Assembly: GCF_000143415.4 (NCBI RefSeq)
Contig: NW_003314263.1
Coordinates: forward strand, 3,792,451-3,856,450
Length of the DNA: 64,000 nt
Reading direction: 5' to 3'
DNA from: Selaginella moellendorffii
Taxonomy: Eukaryota > Plantae > Lycopodiophyta
This document shows, in pieces, positions 1-10,113 of this stretch. The position numbers and the translations under genes are program-made. The notes below the pieces were generated by a model, which was given only the letters and a program-made list of their open reading frames with translations, did not search any database and had not been told where the DNA came from. Position 1 is the first letter of the stretch. Every line of letters starts with the position of its first letter.

Positions 1-1
1 A

Positions 2-510
2 ACTCAAATTATATAACAATACGGCTTTAGAATTCAATTGTCCCCTTTCTTGGGAATATCATCTAAGTCATAACTAAAATTTGAAAACACTCTCTTCACA
101 TTATCCTTAGGTTTTCTTCATAGTATTGTGGGCTTTAGATAATTTTGCAACATGTGAGAGATTTTGCTTACACTTTGGACTTGTTAGATAGTTTAAAGAT
201 TCATTCAATGTTCCATGTGAGCAAATTTGAAGAGTGTTTACATTTTGGTAATGTCGTGGATTAGTTCATCATCTAGGTCTTAGATATTGATGCTAAAAAG
301 GCTAGTGTAGCTAATATTTTTGCTCAAAAATTGCTGAAAACACATTAAAAGACAAGCTAAAAATTGTTTGTTTAGTGGAATGGATATTTTATAGATGAAG
401 CTTTGTGGGAAACTAAAGATGACATAAAGAGAGTGTTTTCAAGTGTTAAATGACATTCCTCAAGAAGGGGAGAATTGAGTTTTATAGCTGTATTATTATA
501 TGATTTGAGC
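2..510. mobile_element. Degenerate foldback/MITE-like element with ~110-120 bp imperfect inverted repeats (may be cut by the window edge)
   Basis: Reverse complement of ~400-510 (gctcaaatcatataataatacagctataaaactcaattctccccttcttgaggaatgtcatttaacacttgaaaacactctcttt) aligns by eye with 2-120 (actcaaattatataacaatacggctttagaattcaattgtcccctttcttgggaatatcatctaa...ttgaaaacactctctt). AT-rich and non-coding. Confidence 0.6.
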
Positions 511-1240
511 CATTTATTTTATTCTCATTCTTTTATTTTTATGACTGTATTAATTTATTTCTTTTGTGGCTGTTTATTACAATGTTAGTATTGCTATTTG
601 CACATCTTTTCTTCATGGTTGTATTGCCTTAAACTCCCTTCTATGAGGTTCATTTAACTTCTCAAGACTACTGTCCATGGTTAATTCATGAAGGAGAAAA
701 GAATAATATAAACCACAAGAATATTCTGAAAATATTTTATAATCTGTGGGATTTAAAGCTAGAATGCCTTTTAAAGGTTGGGAGGTTGTTATTTGGAAAT
801 CCTTAATAAAATTGGTAAAATCTTTAACCTTTTTAACTTTAGTTAAACTTTAGTAATTTAGCATTTTTACTACATAATAACATTATCAAGAGTCTCTTCT
901 TTTTTGTTATAGCCATCATCATTAATGATACATCAGGATCTATATCAAAGATCTACTAGATATAAATGAAGCAAACCTTAAGCTAACCTTTAATGAGGCA
1001 TAAAATAATCTCAAAATATTCCTGTGGTTTGTGTCCCAAGACAAACGACTGCTTGAGGACCATGGTTTGACCTCTCTGGATGCCTGATTTTTTCCAGACA
1101 ACCTTAGCTGGAGAAAAGGATTTCTTCCAACCACAAAAGCAGATGGGAATTAATTTGAATAAACTTAAAGATCGTGAAGGTATAGACTCAAAAGAGCACT
1201 TTCAGTCCTGTTTCATTCCAATGCCTCATATCACCATATG

Positions 1241-1493
1241 GCTGCAGATGTTAATATCAAATAAGTAACCTACCAAACAGAAGGCTACAGTGGAGACGAC
1301 CTGACAAACATCTGTCGAGATGCATCCATGAATGGCATGCGGCCAAAGATTGCTGCAAAGACAAGGGACGAGATAAAGAACATGAAAATGCGATGTGCGA
1401 TTTTGAGGAGGCACTGTCCAAGATCTCAAGAAGTGTACGAAGGTAGACATTGAAAGGCACGAGAAGTGGCTCACAGAGTTCGGTTCCGCCTAA
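1241..1493 (+). pseudogene. KTN1: Katanin p60 ATPase C-terminal fragment
   Basis: Manual translation gives AADVNIK*VTYQTEGYSGDDLTNICRDASMNGMRPKIAAKTRDEIKNMK/MCDFEEALSKISRSV/DIERHEKWLTEFGSA*, the plant katanin p60 C-terminus. It has an internal stop, two frameshifts and no 5' part. Confidence 0.85.
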
Positions 1494-1554
1494 GTTTGTC
1501 AACAGGAGCACCGTGAAAGCTACCAAGGTACGTTTTCACTCTCACAAGTTTCAT

Positions 1555-3231
1555 TCATTTGCTGCCTGCCAGGAACACGTATGTTACTGCATCTTGCTTG
1601 CCGAGTTGCTTGACCATCTTTGCAGCTAGTGCTCCGTTCTCATAGTTTCTGTGGCTCCTGCAGGCAGCAAGGAGGCATCGCCACTCGGACGCATCTGGCA
1701 TGTAAGGCATGCAGAGGATGAGATCTCGAGCATCAACCAAGCGTCCCGCCCGCCCGAGAACATCGATCATACACCAGTAGTGTTGCTTGGTGGGCCGGAT
1801 GCCAAAGTCCGAGATCATCGACATAAAGTTGGCTCTACACTCAGACACTTCCCCGGCGTGACTGAAAGCGAGCAGGACAGAGAGAAAGCAAGCCTCGTCT
1901 GGAACATCTACAAGCTTCATCACATGGAAGAAATGGAACGTGTTCCTCTCCCGGGCACAGAGGCTGAGCAAGACACTCCAGGAAACCAGACTCGGTGATG
2001 GGATCGTATCAAACAGCTTCTTGGTGGTGTCTAGGCGACGATCGTTTCTCCCAGCGTGAGCAGCTAGCATCGTCGTCCAGGATATGGAATCCTTGAGCGG
2101 CATTTGGGAAAAGAGCTGGCTGGCGGAGTAGAAATCTCCCTCGACGAGATGAGCCGAGAGGAGTGAGTTCCAGGAGGCGAGACTATGGTACGGCATGTCT
2201 TTGAAGATTTTCTTTGCTTCGTTTGCGAGCTCATGCTCACCGTACATTGTCAGCAGGACGTTCCAGGAGACCACATCACGCTGCGGCATTTGATCAAACA
2301 GGTGCTTCGATTTCTCCAGATGACCCTTTCGGGCATTTGCGGCAAGAACAGTGGTGCAAGAAACAAGATCATGCTGGGGCATTCTCTGGAAAACTCGGTT
2401 TGCCGCTGCAAAGTTCTCCTGCTGGGTATAACCAACGAGCATGGTGGTCCAGGATATCAGATCTCGCCCCGGCATCTCAGCAAAGACGACGTTTGCTTCT
2501 TTGGTATGACCAATCTGGGCACAAGCGCCAAGAATGGAGTTCCAGGAGATGAGGTCTCTCTCGGGCATCTCCTCAAAGGTACTTCTCGCGTTTTCTATCT
2601 GACCACACTTTCCATAGGCTGACAGGAGTGAATTCCAGGCAACGAGATTCAGCTGTGGCATAGCATCGAAAGTTTTCTTGGCGGCTATGGTGATCCCGCT
2701 CTGGGCATACGCAGCGAGCAAGGTGGTCCATGAAACCAAGTCCGGCTCGGGCATACCAGAAAATACTCGCTCCATCTCTTCCAGGCTTCCAGCACCGGAG
2801 AAAGCAGCTAGCATGGCATTCCAGGAGATCACGTCCCTCCCCGGCATTCCTTCGAAGACCTTTTTGGATTCTTCGATATGCCCGTTCTGGGCATACGCGA
2901 GCAGCATAGTTGTGGAGGCCACCAAACTCCGAGACGGCATTTGGTCGTAAAGTTCTTTGGCCCGGGAGAGATTTGCAGCTCCACCGCTCCTGCAGAAGAT
3001 GGCCAGCATAAAATCCCAGGAGTAGGAGTTCCTGGAGTTGTCCATGGACGCGAAGATCTTGGAAGCGTCCTCTATGCTGCCGCAAGCACCGAACATCTCG
3101 ATGAGCTTGTTGAGAACGAGAGTGTCGGAGCTGAGGCTGGCTCCGCTGGAGAGAATCCGAGCGTGGAGCTCCCGGGCCTTGGGAAGCGTCCGGCAAGACT
3201 CAATGAGCTCGAGACACTCCCTTCGGTCCAT
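1555..3231 (-). CDS. PLS-class pentatricopeptide repeat protein with E domain (putative organellar RNA-editing factor), intronless, 558 aa
   Basis: Many S-type repeats (MPxRDxxSWxxML) plus PTKQHYWCMIDVLGRAG and E-domain WRCLLAACRSH motifs. No DYW domain. Confidence 0.9.
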   Translation of the reverse strand: MDRRECLELIESCRTLPKARELHARILSSGASLSSDTLVLNKLIEMFGACGSIEDASKIFASMDNSRNSYSWDFMLAIFCRSGGAANLSRAKELYDQMPSRSLVASTTMLLAYAQNGHIEESKKVFEGMPGRDVISWNAMLAAFSGAGSLEEMERVFSGMPEPDLVSWTTLLAAYAQSGITIAAKKTFDAMPQLNLVAWNSLLSAYGKCGQIENARSTFEEMPERDLISWNSILGACAQIGHTKEANVVFAEMPGRDLISWTTMLVGYTQQENFAAANRVFQRMPQHDLVSCTTVLAANARKGHLEKSKHLFDQMPQRDVVSWNVLLTMYGEHELANEAKKIFKDMPYHSLASWNSLLSAHLVEGDFYSASQLFSQMPLKDSISWTTMLAAHAGRNDRRLDTTKKLFDTIPSPSLVSWSVLLSLCARERNTFHFFHVMKLVDVPDEACFLSVLLAFSHAGEVSECRANFMSMISDFGIRPTKQHYWCMIDVLGRAGRLVDARDLILCMPYMPDASEWRCLLAACRSHRNYENGALAAKMVKQLGKQDAVTYVFLAGSK

Positions 3232-3267
3232 TCATTCACAGGTATGAACGAAAGAAAACGTTGCAAC

Positions 3268-5148
3268 TTATCTTTGCTTGTCTCGCAGGACGAAGGTGTT
3301 GGCCAGGAGGACGTAGCCAGCTCCATCCCGCGGATCCAGATCGAGAACTCCTTGCGCAGCTCGAGATCCATGATCGACATCGCTGTGGCTCCTCGACGCT
3401 CCAAGCAAGCTCCTCCACTCGAGAGAGTCGGGAGCAAACGGCATGGTGGCGACGAGGCTCTCGGCGTCACGTAGAAAACCAGCACGGCCGAGGAGGTCGA
3501 CCATGCAGCGGTAGTGCTGCCTCGCCGGCCGCACGCCAAAGTCGCCACTCATCGACGCAAAGTAGCTCTTCGCCAGGAAAACTCGTCCCAGGTGGCTGCA
3601 AGCGATGAGCACCGAGACGAAGCTGAGACGATCCGGAGAGTCAAGCAAGCTCGCGTTTCCTTCCGCAAAGAGATCAAGCGCTTCGCTCGAGTGGTCATTG
3701 TATGTGTAAGCGGCAAGCATCGAGTTCCAGGAGACAAGGTTGCGCTCCTCGGGCATTCGATCAAAGATGCGCTTGGCCGTGGCGATATGCCCGTTCCGGG
3801 CATACGAGGAAAGTAGCGCGTTCCATGACACAAGATCATGATCGGGCATTTGCTCAAACAATCGCTCGACGGCTTCGATGCGACCATTGAGCGCGTGCGC
3901 TGCGAGCATCGCGTTCCATGCAACGAGATCTCTCCGCGGCATTGCATCGAACATGTGTTGTGCATGGTCGATATGCCCGGCCTGGGCATACGCGACGACC
4001 ATCGAGATCCAGGACGAGGGGCTTCGCTGCGGCATAGACTCGAAGATTCTCTTCGATTCTTCCGGATGGCCGGACTGGGCATATGCTGAGAGAAGCGAGC
4101 TCCAAGAGATTGGGTTGTGCTGCGGCATTGAATCGAAGCACGACTGAGATTCCCTAATTGATCCGTTTTGCGAGAATGCTGCCAGCATCGCATTCCAAGA
4201 AACTTGGTCTCTTTCGGGCATTTTCTGGAATATTTCTCGCGCTTCGTCCAGATGCCAGGACTGGGAGTATACGCACAGCAGCGCCGTCCACGTCACTAAG
4301 TTGTGCTGCGGCATCTCCTCGAACAGGGTCTTGGCATATTCCGTGGCGCCGGAATGGGAATATGCGTTTAGCAGGGCCGACCACGATACCATGTTCCACT
4401 CTGGCATTTGTGAAAAGATTTGCTTTGCCGCGTCAGGATGCCCACCCCGGGCATATGCCGCCACCATGGCAGTCCACGTCACGAGGTCCCGGAGCGCCAT
4501 GTCATCAAACATCGACTTGGCGCGCTCCAATTGCCCGGCGCTTCCGTACGCGTTCATCATGGCCGTCCACGACACGAGATTCCGGCACGGCATGTCATCG
4601 AAGATTTCCCTGGCGACTATGACATGCCCCTCCTGCGCAACTGCGGACAGCACGGTTGTCCAGGAGACAACGTCCCATTGGGCCATGTGGCGGAAGTGGG
4701 CGCTTGCCAGCTCAGCATGCCCGTTCTGGGCATATGCCGCCAGCATGGCATTACACGCGGCGAGATCGGGTTGCTGGATGGAATCAAAGACATCCTTGGC
4801 CTCGAGAATATGCCCGTTGTGGGCATATGCTGCAAGCATCGCGGTACACGAGGCCACATTGTGCCGCGGCATTGCCTGGAATATCCTCTGGGCATTGTCG
4901 AGATGCCCATTCCTGGAGCACGCAAAGAGGGTCATATCCCAGGTAAAGGAGTTCTTGTGTGACATGGAGTGGAAGATGTTTAGGGCGTGGTGGGCGCTAC
5001 CGCATTTGCCATACATCTCTATGAGCTTGTTGTGGAGGAAGAGATCTTGGGGAAGAACTAGGTCTGGCTGGAGCTTGCGATCGATCTCCTTGGCGGCTGG
5101 GAGGGATTTGCACGCCAAGATGAGCTTGAGGCACTCGTTCTTGTCCAT
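3268..5148 (-). CDS. PLS-class PPR protein with E domain, intronless
   Basis: ORF 3268-5265. The likely ATG is at 5148 (MDKNECLKLI..., parallel to MDRRECLELI of the neighbouring PPR). S-repeat array and HYRCMVDLLGRAG...WRSLLGASRSH motifs. Confidence 0.88.
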   Translation of the reverse strand: MDKNECLKLILACKSLPAAKEIDRKLQPDLVLPQDLFLHNKLIEMYGKCGSAHHALNIFHSMSHKNSFTWDMTLFACSRNGHLDNAQRIFQAMPRHNVASCTAMLAAYAHNGHILEAKDVFDSIQQPDLAACNAMLAAYAQNGHAELASAHFRHMAQWDVVSWTTVLSAVAQEGHVIVAREIFDDMPCRNLVSWTAMMNAYGSAGQLERAKSMFDDMALRDLVTWTAMVAAYARGGHPDAAKQIFSQMPEWNMVSWSALLNAYSHSGATEYAKTLFEEMPQHNLVTWTALLCVYSQSWHLDEAREIFQKMPERDQVSWNAMLAAFSQNGSIRESQSCFDSMPQHNPISWSSLLSAYAQSGHPEESKRIFESMPQRSPSSWISMVVAYAQAGHIDHAQHMFDAMPRRDLVAWNAMLAAHALNGRIEAVERLFEQMPDHDLVSWNALLSSYARNGHIATAKRIFDRMPEERNLVSWNSMLAAYTYNDHSSEALDLFAEGNASLLDSPDRLSFVSVLIACSHLGRVFLAKSYFASMSGDFGVRPARQHYRCMVDLLGRAGFLRDAESLVATMPFAPDSLEWRSLLGASRSHSDVDHGSRAAQGVLDLDPRDGAGYVLLANTFVLRDKQR

Positions 5149-5193
5149 CGGGATTTTAGGGTTCTTCTGGGGGTCGCGAAGATATTTGGGGAA

Positions 5194-7335
5194 ATGCTGA
5201 GAAGGGGATTGCGATCGCTCGCGGTTCTCTCCAGGTCGGCGGCAGCGCCCGAGGATTCGCAGCACTGCGCGGCGCTGCTGGCGGCATTGTCGAGCAGGGA
5301 TCCAGATGCGTCGCTACGGGGGCTGGATTTTGTGCCCAGCGCCTTCTCGCTGGGCAAGGCGCTCGAGAGGTCTCCCAGCGCCAATGCCGCGCTCCAATGC
5401 TTCGCGTGGGCGTCCGGCCTGCCCGGATTTCGCCATGGATTCCAGGCCTGCAACGCGCTGCTCGTGGCGCTGATCAAGAACGGCCGCCACAGGGAAGCGC
5501 ACGGGATTTTCGACTCCCAGCTCAAGAGTCTCGCCCCGCCCGATGCCTCCAGCTATGGAATCCTCGCTAACGCCTACGTCCAGGCCGGGGATCTCGATGC
5601 CGCCGTGAAGCTCTTGCGCGATCTCCCGGCCTCCACCACGGCCAATCTCGCCACCTATCTCTGCGTCATGATGGGCCTCTGCCGCGGCAAGCGATCCATC
5701 GACGCAATTGGCGTGCTCCGCGAGATGCAAAAGAGGAACGTCGTGCCGGAGCTCGCGACGTATCTCATGCTCATCGAGGGCCTGGGAAGGGATCACAGGG
5801 TGAAAGAGGCCTTCGATCTCTTCCAAGAGATCCATGCTCGAGGATTCACTGCCAAGGCCTCGAGCTATAGCTACATCGTTTGCGGCCTCGCGAAGTATGG
5901 ATACTTTGACGAGGCTGTGGAGCTCTTCGAGGAGATGATCCGGAGGAAGGTGGCGCCGCCGCTGGGGTCTTGCATTGGGATCTTGAATGGCTACTGCCAG
6001 GATGGAGGGAAGATGGAGCAGGCGATCCAGCTCTTCCGGAAGATGGAGGGCGAGTATGGCTGTCCTCCAAACACGTACGCTTACAACGTTCTTCTCACGG
6101 GATTGAAGAAGAAGGATCGAGTGGAGGAGATGAGGGAGATGTTTTTGGAAATGAAGGAGAAGGGCTGCGAGCCGAATCTAGTCACGTACTGCACGTACAT
6201 TCTCGGGCTGTGCAAGGCCGGGAGAGTCGACGATGCGATGGTGGTGAAGAAGGAGATGATCCAGAAGTCTTGCTCGCCGGACAACGTCGTCTATAGTATC
6301 CTCATCAACGCGTTCTGCAAAGTCGGGAAGATCTACGAGGGCGAGAAGCTGCTGGCGGAGATGCTGGAGAAGAAGCTCCAGCCGGACGTTGTGTGCTTCA
6401 GCTCGCTCGTCGATTGCCTGGACAAGGCTGGTCGATACGGCGACGCTTATCGGCTCTTCCGGAGGATGATGGAGCAAGGGTGCAAGCCGGATGCTGTCAT
6501 CGCGTCGGTGATTCTGGACTCTTTCACGAAACGGGGAGAAGTAGCGCAGGCTCTGGAGCTCGTCAACGAGTTCGTGGACAGGGACTTGCCGCTTCCATCG
6601 GCGGGATCTATCAACCAGCTCGTCAAGAGGATTGTGGTGGGCGACAAGGTGGAAGATGGCGTCCGGCTACTCAAGACGATGGCATCCAGAGGCTCCAGGC
6701 CTCTGCAGTGCTCGTATGCGACTTTGTTGAGGGAGCTCTGCCGGAGGAAAAACGCTGTCGAGGCGCTGGAGCTGGTGAAGGAGATGCGAGCGGCTGGCTA
6801 CACGTCCGTGGATCTCTCGTGCGTGATCGAGATGCTGTGCAAGATGAAGATGGTGGACGAGGCCCGGGGGTTGTACGAGGAGATGAAATCCTCGCAGCAG
6901 CAGGAGCTCCTCCCGAGCGTCTCCACTTACAACATTCTTTTGGAGCGCTTGTGCGGCGAGGGACGGCTGGGCGATGCCAAGGACTTGTTCCAGGAGATGA
7001 TCGAGAGCGGCCGGATCCCCGACGTGAACTCTTACGAGATCTTGGTGGAGGCGCTGTGCAAGGCCGGGAAGATCTTCCAGGGGCACGAGCTGTTCAAGCA
7101 GCTCATCTCGCTGGGATTCATTCCCAGCAGCGAGATGTGTGCTACGATCGTCGACGGACTTTGCAAGCACCAGTCTCGAGAAGAGAAAAGCGAAGAAGAA
7201 GATGAAGATGACGCGGAAGAAGCTCTCAGGGAGATGATCGATAGTGGATTTGTGCCTGACGACGTGATCGGTGACGTGATCAGAGAGCTCGAGGCACGAA
7301 AGAAACGAAGAAATAACAGGAATTTTTCTTCTTAA
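5194..7335 (+). CDS. P-class PPR protein with mitochondrial-type presequence, intronless, 713 aa
   Basis: 35-aa P repeats (PNLVTYCTYILGLCKAGRVDDA, PDNVVYSILINAFCKVGK) and Arg/Ser/Leu-rich N-terminus MLRRGLRSLAVLSRS. Confidence 0.92.
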   Translation: MLRRGLRSLAVLSRSAAAPEDSQHCAALLAALSSRDPDASLRGLDFVPSAFSLGKALERSPSANAALQCFAWASGLPGFRHGFQACNALLVALIKNGRHREAHGIFDSQLKSLAPPDASSYGILANAYVQAGDLDAAVKLLRDLPASTTANLATYLCVMMGLCRGKRSIDAIGVLREMQKRNVVPELATYLMLIEGLGRDHRVKEAFDLFQEIHARGFTAKASSYSYIVCGLAKYGYFDEAVELFEEMIRRKVAPPLGSCIGILNGYCQDGGKMEQAIQLFRKMEGEYGCPPNTYAYNVLLTGLKKKDRVEEMREMFLEMKEKGCEPNLVTYCTYILGLCKAGRVDDAMVVKKEMIQKSCSPDNVVYSILINAFCKVGKIYEGEKLLAEMLEKKLQPDVVCFSSLVDCLDKAGRYGDAYRLFRRMMEQGCKPDAVIASVILDSFTKRGEVAQALELVNEFVDRDLPLPSAGSINQLVKRIVVGDKVEDGVRLLKTMASRGSRPLQCSYATLLRELCRRKNAVEALELVKEMRAAGYTSVDLSCVIEMLCKMKMVDEARGLYEEMKSSQQQELLPSVSTYNILLERLCGEGRLGDAKDLFQEMIESGRIPDVNSYEILVEALCKAGKIFQGHELFKQLISLGFIPSSEMCATIVDGLCKHQSREEKSEEEDEDDAEEALREMIDSGFVPDDVIGDVIRELEARKKRRNNRNFSS

Positions 7336-7375
7336 AGTTCTTTTTGCTTGGGTTAGATGTTGTTACACTGAAAGT

Positions 7376-7514
7376 TTGACTGAAGCAGTGTCGTGGACTA
7401 GACTCTGGTGTTTGACTAACTAGAACAGTGTCTTTGACTACGACTTAGTCAGTCAAACAAGTAAGTCATGCACATTTACTTTCGTACACACAGCAAAACT
7501 AGTCCCTATAAAAA
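7376..7514 (+). promoter_or_regulatory. Cluster of four W-boxes (TTGACT) plus TATA box upstream of the small peptide gene
   Basis: TTGACT at 7376, 7412 and 7434, AGTCAA (reverse W-box) at 7451, TATAAAAA at 7507. Confidence 0.6.
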
Positions 7515-7559
7515 ATGTGAGTGTCTTCATTCATTCGCAAGGAAGAGGATTCATTCACC

Positions 7560-7730
7560 ATGATAAAGAAGCTGCAGATCATAGTGGTCGCAATCTTGGT
7601 TGTGGTTCTTAATGTTGCTTTTCATGGTGTTGCAATGCGCCCCATGGCCCAAGAGACGAAGATGGTGTACGGAGTGATCAAGGTTCCTCATTTGGAAGTT
7701 CCCGCTTCTGGGTTCTACAAGCGACCGTAA
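7560..7730 (+). CDS. Small secreted peptide precursor (56 aa), IDA/PIP-like architecture
   Basis: MIKKLQIIVVAILVVVLNVAFHGVA-MRPM...KVPHLEVPASGFYKRP*: classical signal peptide, RP motif after the predicted cleavage, Pro/Ser/Gly/basic C-terminus. TATA box about 50 bp upstream. Confidence 0.6.
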   Translation: MIKKLQIIVVAILVVVLNVAFHGVAMRPMAQETKMVYGVIKVPHLEVPASGFYKRP

Positions 7731-8876
7731 TCGTTTCTAATCTCATGTGTAGCAGAAAGCTGTCACGAATAAGGCTGTGAGAAAAGCAAATTGCTGGAGG
7801 ATTGTCAAACAGCTTTGCTTAAGAAGATAGAAATGCATTGCTACATATCAATGAAGAGAAAATAGCAACGTAACCTAAGCTACTCAGGTTTCCTTCTCCT
7901 GCTTCTCACTCTCGTTGACATTGCTCACTTAGGACATGAATCTTGCGAGTAAGATGCTTGAGATTCTCATTCTGTTGTTTGATCTCCTCATTCTCCTGTT
8001 TGATCATCTTGATGTGCTCACTTACCGCTTCAACCTGGTGACTGAAAGCCTTAAATTTCCTGGTTCTGGTTCATACTTTCAGCCACTACTCGAAATTGTC
8101 CTTGCCGACTGTTGAAGTCATTCGTCTTGTTGGCCAGCTAAATAGTTTCGTGCTCAGCTTCTTGAAGGCCTTCCAACTCTTTCTCCACTCCCTTTTTTCA
8201 TCCACGAGCTGTTGGGCTACAAGGTCAGAGTAAGGTGAAAAGTCGCGACCGAGACTGTGAGAGGTGCTGGAAAGTGCAAAGGGAAAGTTGTGAAACCTTG
8301 ACCGATGTCTTGGCAAGAGTTCGCGTTTTGGATTGTACGCTCTGTGCGAGGCAGCCATCAAGGCGTACAAGCCATTCGTGGAAGCCGTGAAAAAGAGAGG
8401 TATAGAAAATATGGATCTGGTTATGGTTGTATTCTTTAAGTTTTTACAGGTGTGCAAAAGGCTTGCAAAGTTCTCAAGGGAAGGAAAAGATGGCTTAATT
8501 CCAAAGACGGACAGGCGATCCAGCTCTTTCGGAAGACAGAGGACGAGAATGGCTTCACGTACATACTCTTTTCACGGCATTGAAGAAGGATTGGCGAGGA
8601 TCGTCACCACCATCGCACCGGCCTTGCAAAGCCCGAGGTTGTGACTTCACTAGACTCGGCTGGCACTCGGACAACATCGTCTTCAGCATCCCCAACGTGT
8701 ACGAGGGGCAAGAAGCAGCTGGCAGGATGCTGGAGAAAGGAGATTATTTTTGCACAACCAAAAGATTAAACTCGCGATCGATCGAAATTTACATCATCAA
8801 AAGTCCCACCGTTTACCTGCCACTGCCCAAAAAGAAATAAACGGTCTAGCCAACCCACCTCTAGCCCAAAGAACCG

Positions 8877-9875
8877 CTACTGAAGGACACGATCAGCACC
8901 ATAGATGTATGTCTCCAGCTCGTTCACCCTGCTCATCAAGGCTGCCACCTCAGCACGTGTTGCCTGGTTCTCATTTGTGAGAACCTGATTTGCATCAGCA
9001 AGAGCCCTGCCCTGCTGAGCCACTGTAGAGAGCAGCAGGCTCTGCTGCTTGAGCTCCTCATTCTGCTGGGTCAGAACCTCAACCTTCCGGGTCAGAACCT
9101 CATTCTGCTGGGTCAGAACCTCAACCTTCCGGGTCAAAACCTCAACCTTCCGGGTCAGAACCTGGCTATCCACCCTCAAAGCTTGGATCTCGCGGGTTTG
9201 CTGGCTCATGGCTGCTTGAAAGTCCTGACGAAGTTGCTCGACCTGGTTCTCGAGATTGTTGACGTGTGTGGTCTTCTCGGCCAGCTGCCTGTTCTTAGTT
9301 TGCAGCTGAGTGGCCAGCTGCCTGTTTTTGGTCTCTAACTTGCCCTCCAGATCCTTCTTTGCGTCCTCTACATCCTTCTTTGCGTCCTCTGCATTCTTGA
9401 GCTGCGAGGTCACAAAATCAAGAGAAGCATTGTACTGCTTCTTGAGACTCTCCTTCTGGGCAAGAAGCCCTTTCTTCTTCAACGTTGAGACAGTGAGAGT
9501 AGGAGGACGGGCAATCGCAGCCCACTGGCTCACAGTCCTGTCCGCATTGAGGAAAGCTGAAAAAAACAAAGAAAGCACAGAAAAATGAAGTTAGCAATGT
9601 GTGTGATCTCGCAAGGACCACATACCTGGTGGGTACAGTGTGAGGTCCTTCCGGTCAATGCCAGTAGCCGCTGAGATCATGCTTGCAGCCTTGACTGCAC
9701 AAGCAGCAATCACATCATGAGCCTTCGCACTCTTCTGGGCCAGATGAGCGAATGTGAGATCCTTCTCCGTGTACTGGATAAGTACCACGATCTCGTCGGG
9801 ACCGGGAACAGGAGGAGCCTCCTCCTCGGGCTTCTCTTCGGATGTCGCCATTGCCTGGTAGCGAAAACGTGGCAT
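8877..9875 (-). CDS. Uncharacterised two-exon protein (~309 aa): small globular N-domain plus long coiled coil with heptad tandem repeats
   Basis: Exon 1 9875-9626 and exon 2 9556-8877, joined in frame across a GT-AG intron (..LTLYPP|AFLNAD..). Repeats KVEVLTR/QNEVLT, EDAKKD x2 and TKNRQLA x2. Confidence 0.65.
9055..9163. repeat. 21-bp-unit coding tandem repeat (about 5 units, two alternating variants)
   Basis: Units gggtcagaacctcaaccttcc / gggtcagaacctcattctgct repeated, each encoding one heptad. Confidence 0.85.
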
Positions 9876-10113
9876 GAGGAGTAGCGAAAATGCGGCACGA
9901 GAAGGAGTAGCGAAAACGCGGCGCGATCATACCTTGGATGCACTGGCCCTGCCGCGCCACCTTCCAAGCGCCGACCTAAACCTAGAAGCGGAGAAGTTAA
10001 CATTATATAGTGTAGCACATGGCAAATCCTCACCGTTGATCTCTGTTTTTAGGGTTCTTAGTTCTTGGACAAACAGGTCAAACTTTTTCCACAAGTTTCA
10101 AAGAAGCGACCTG

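Noticed and set aside
5149-5265. N-terminal extension of PPR2 overlapping PPR3
   Set aside because: Begins at a non-ATG codon, and the paralogous PPR1 starts at the position equivalent to 5148.
1651-7205. Many long antisense and alternate-frame ORFs over the PPR genes (also over tubulin, TRS120 and PK)
   Set aside because: Shadow ORFs expected from GC-rich codon usage; no independent motifs.
8086-8840. Short ORFs on both strands with an intron-like segment
   Set aside because: Broken frames and no recognisable motif; possibly a decayed gene but unsupported.
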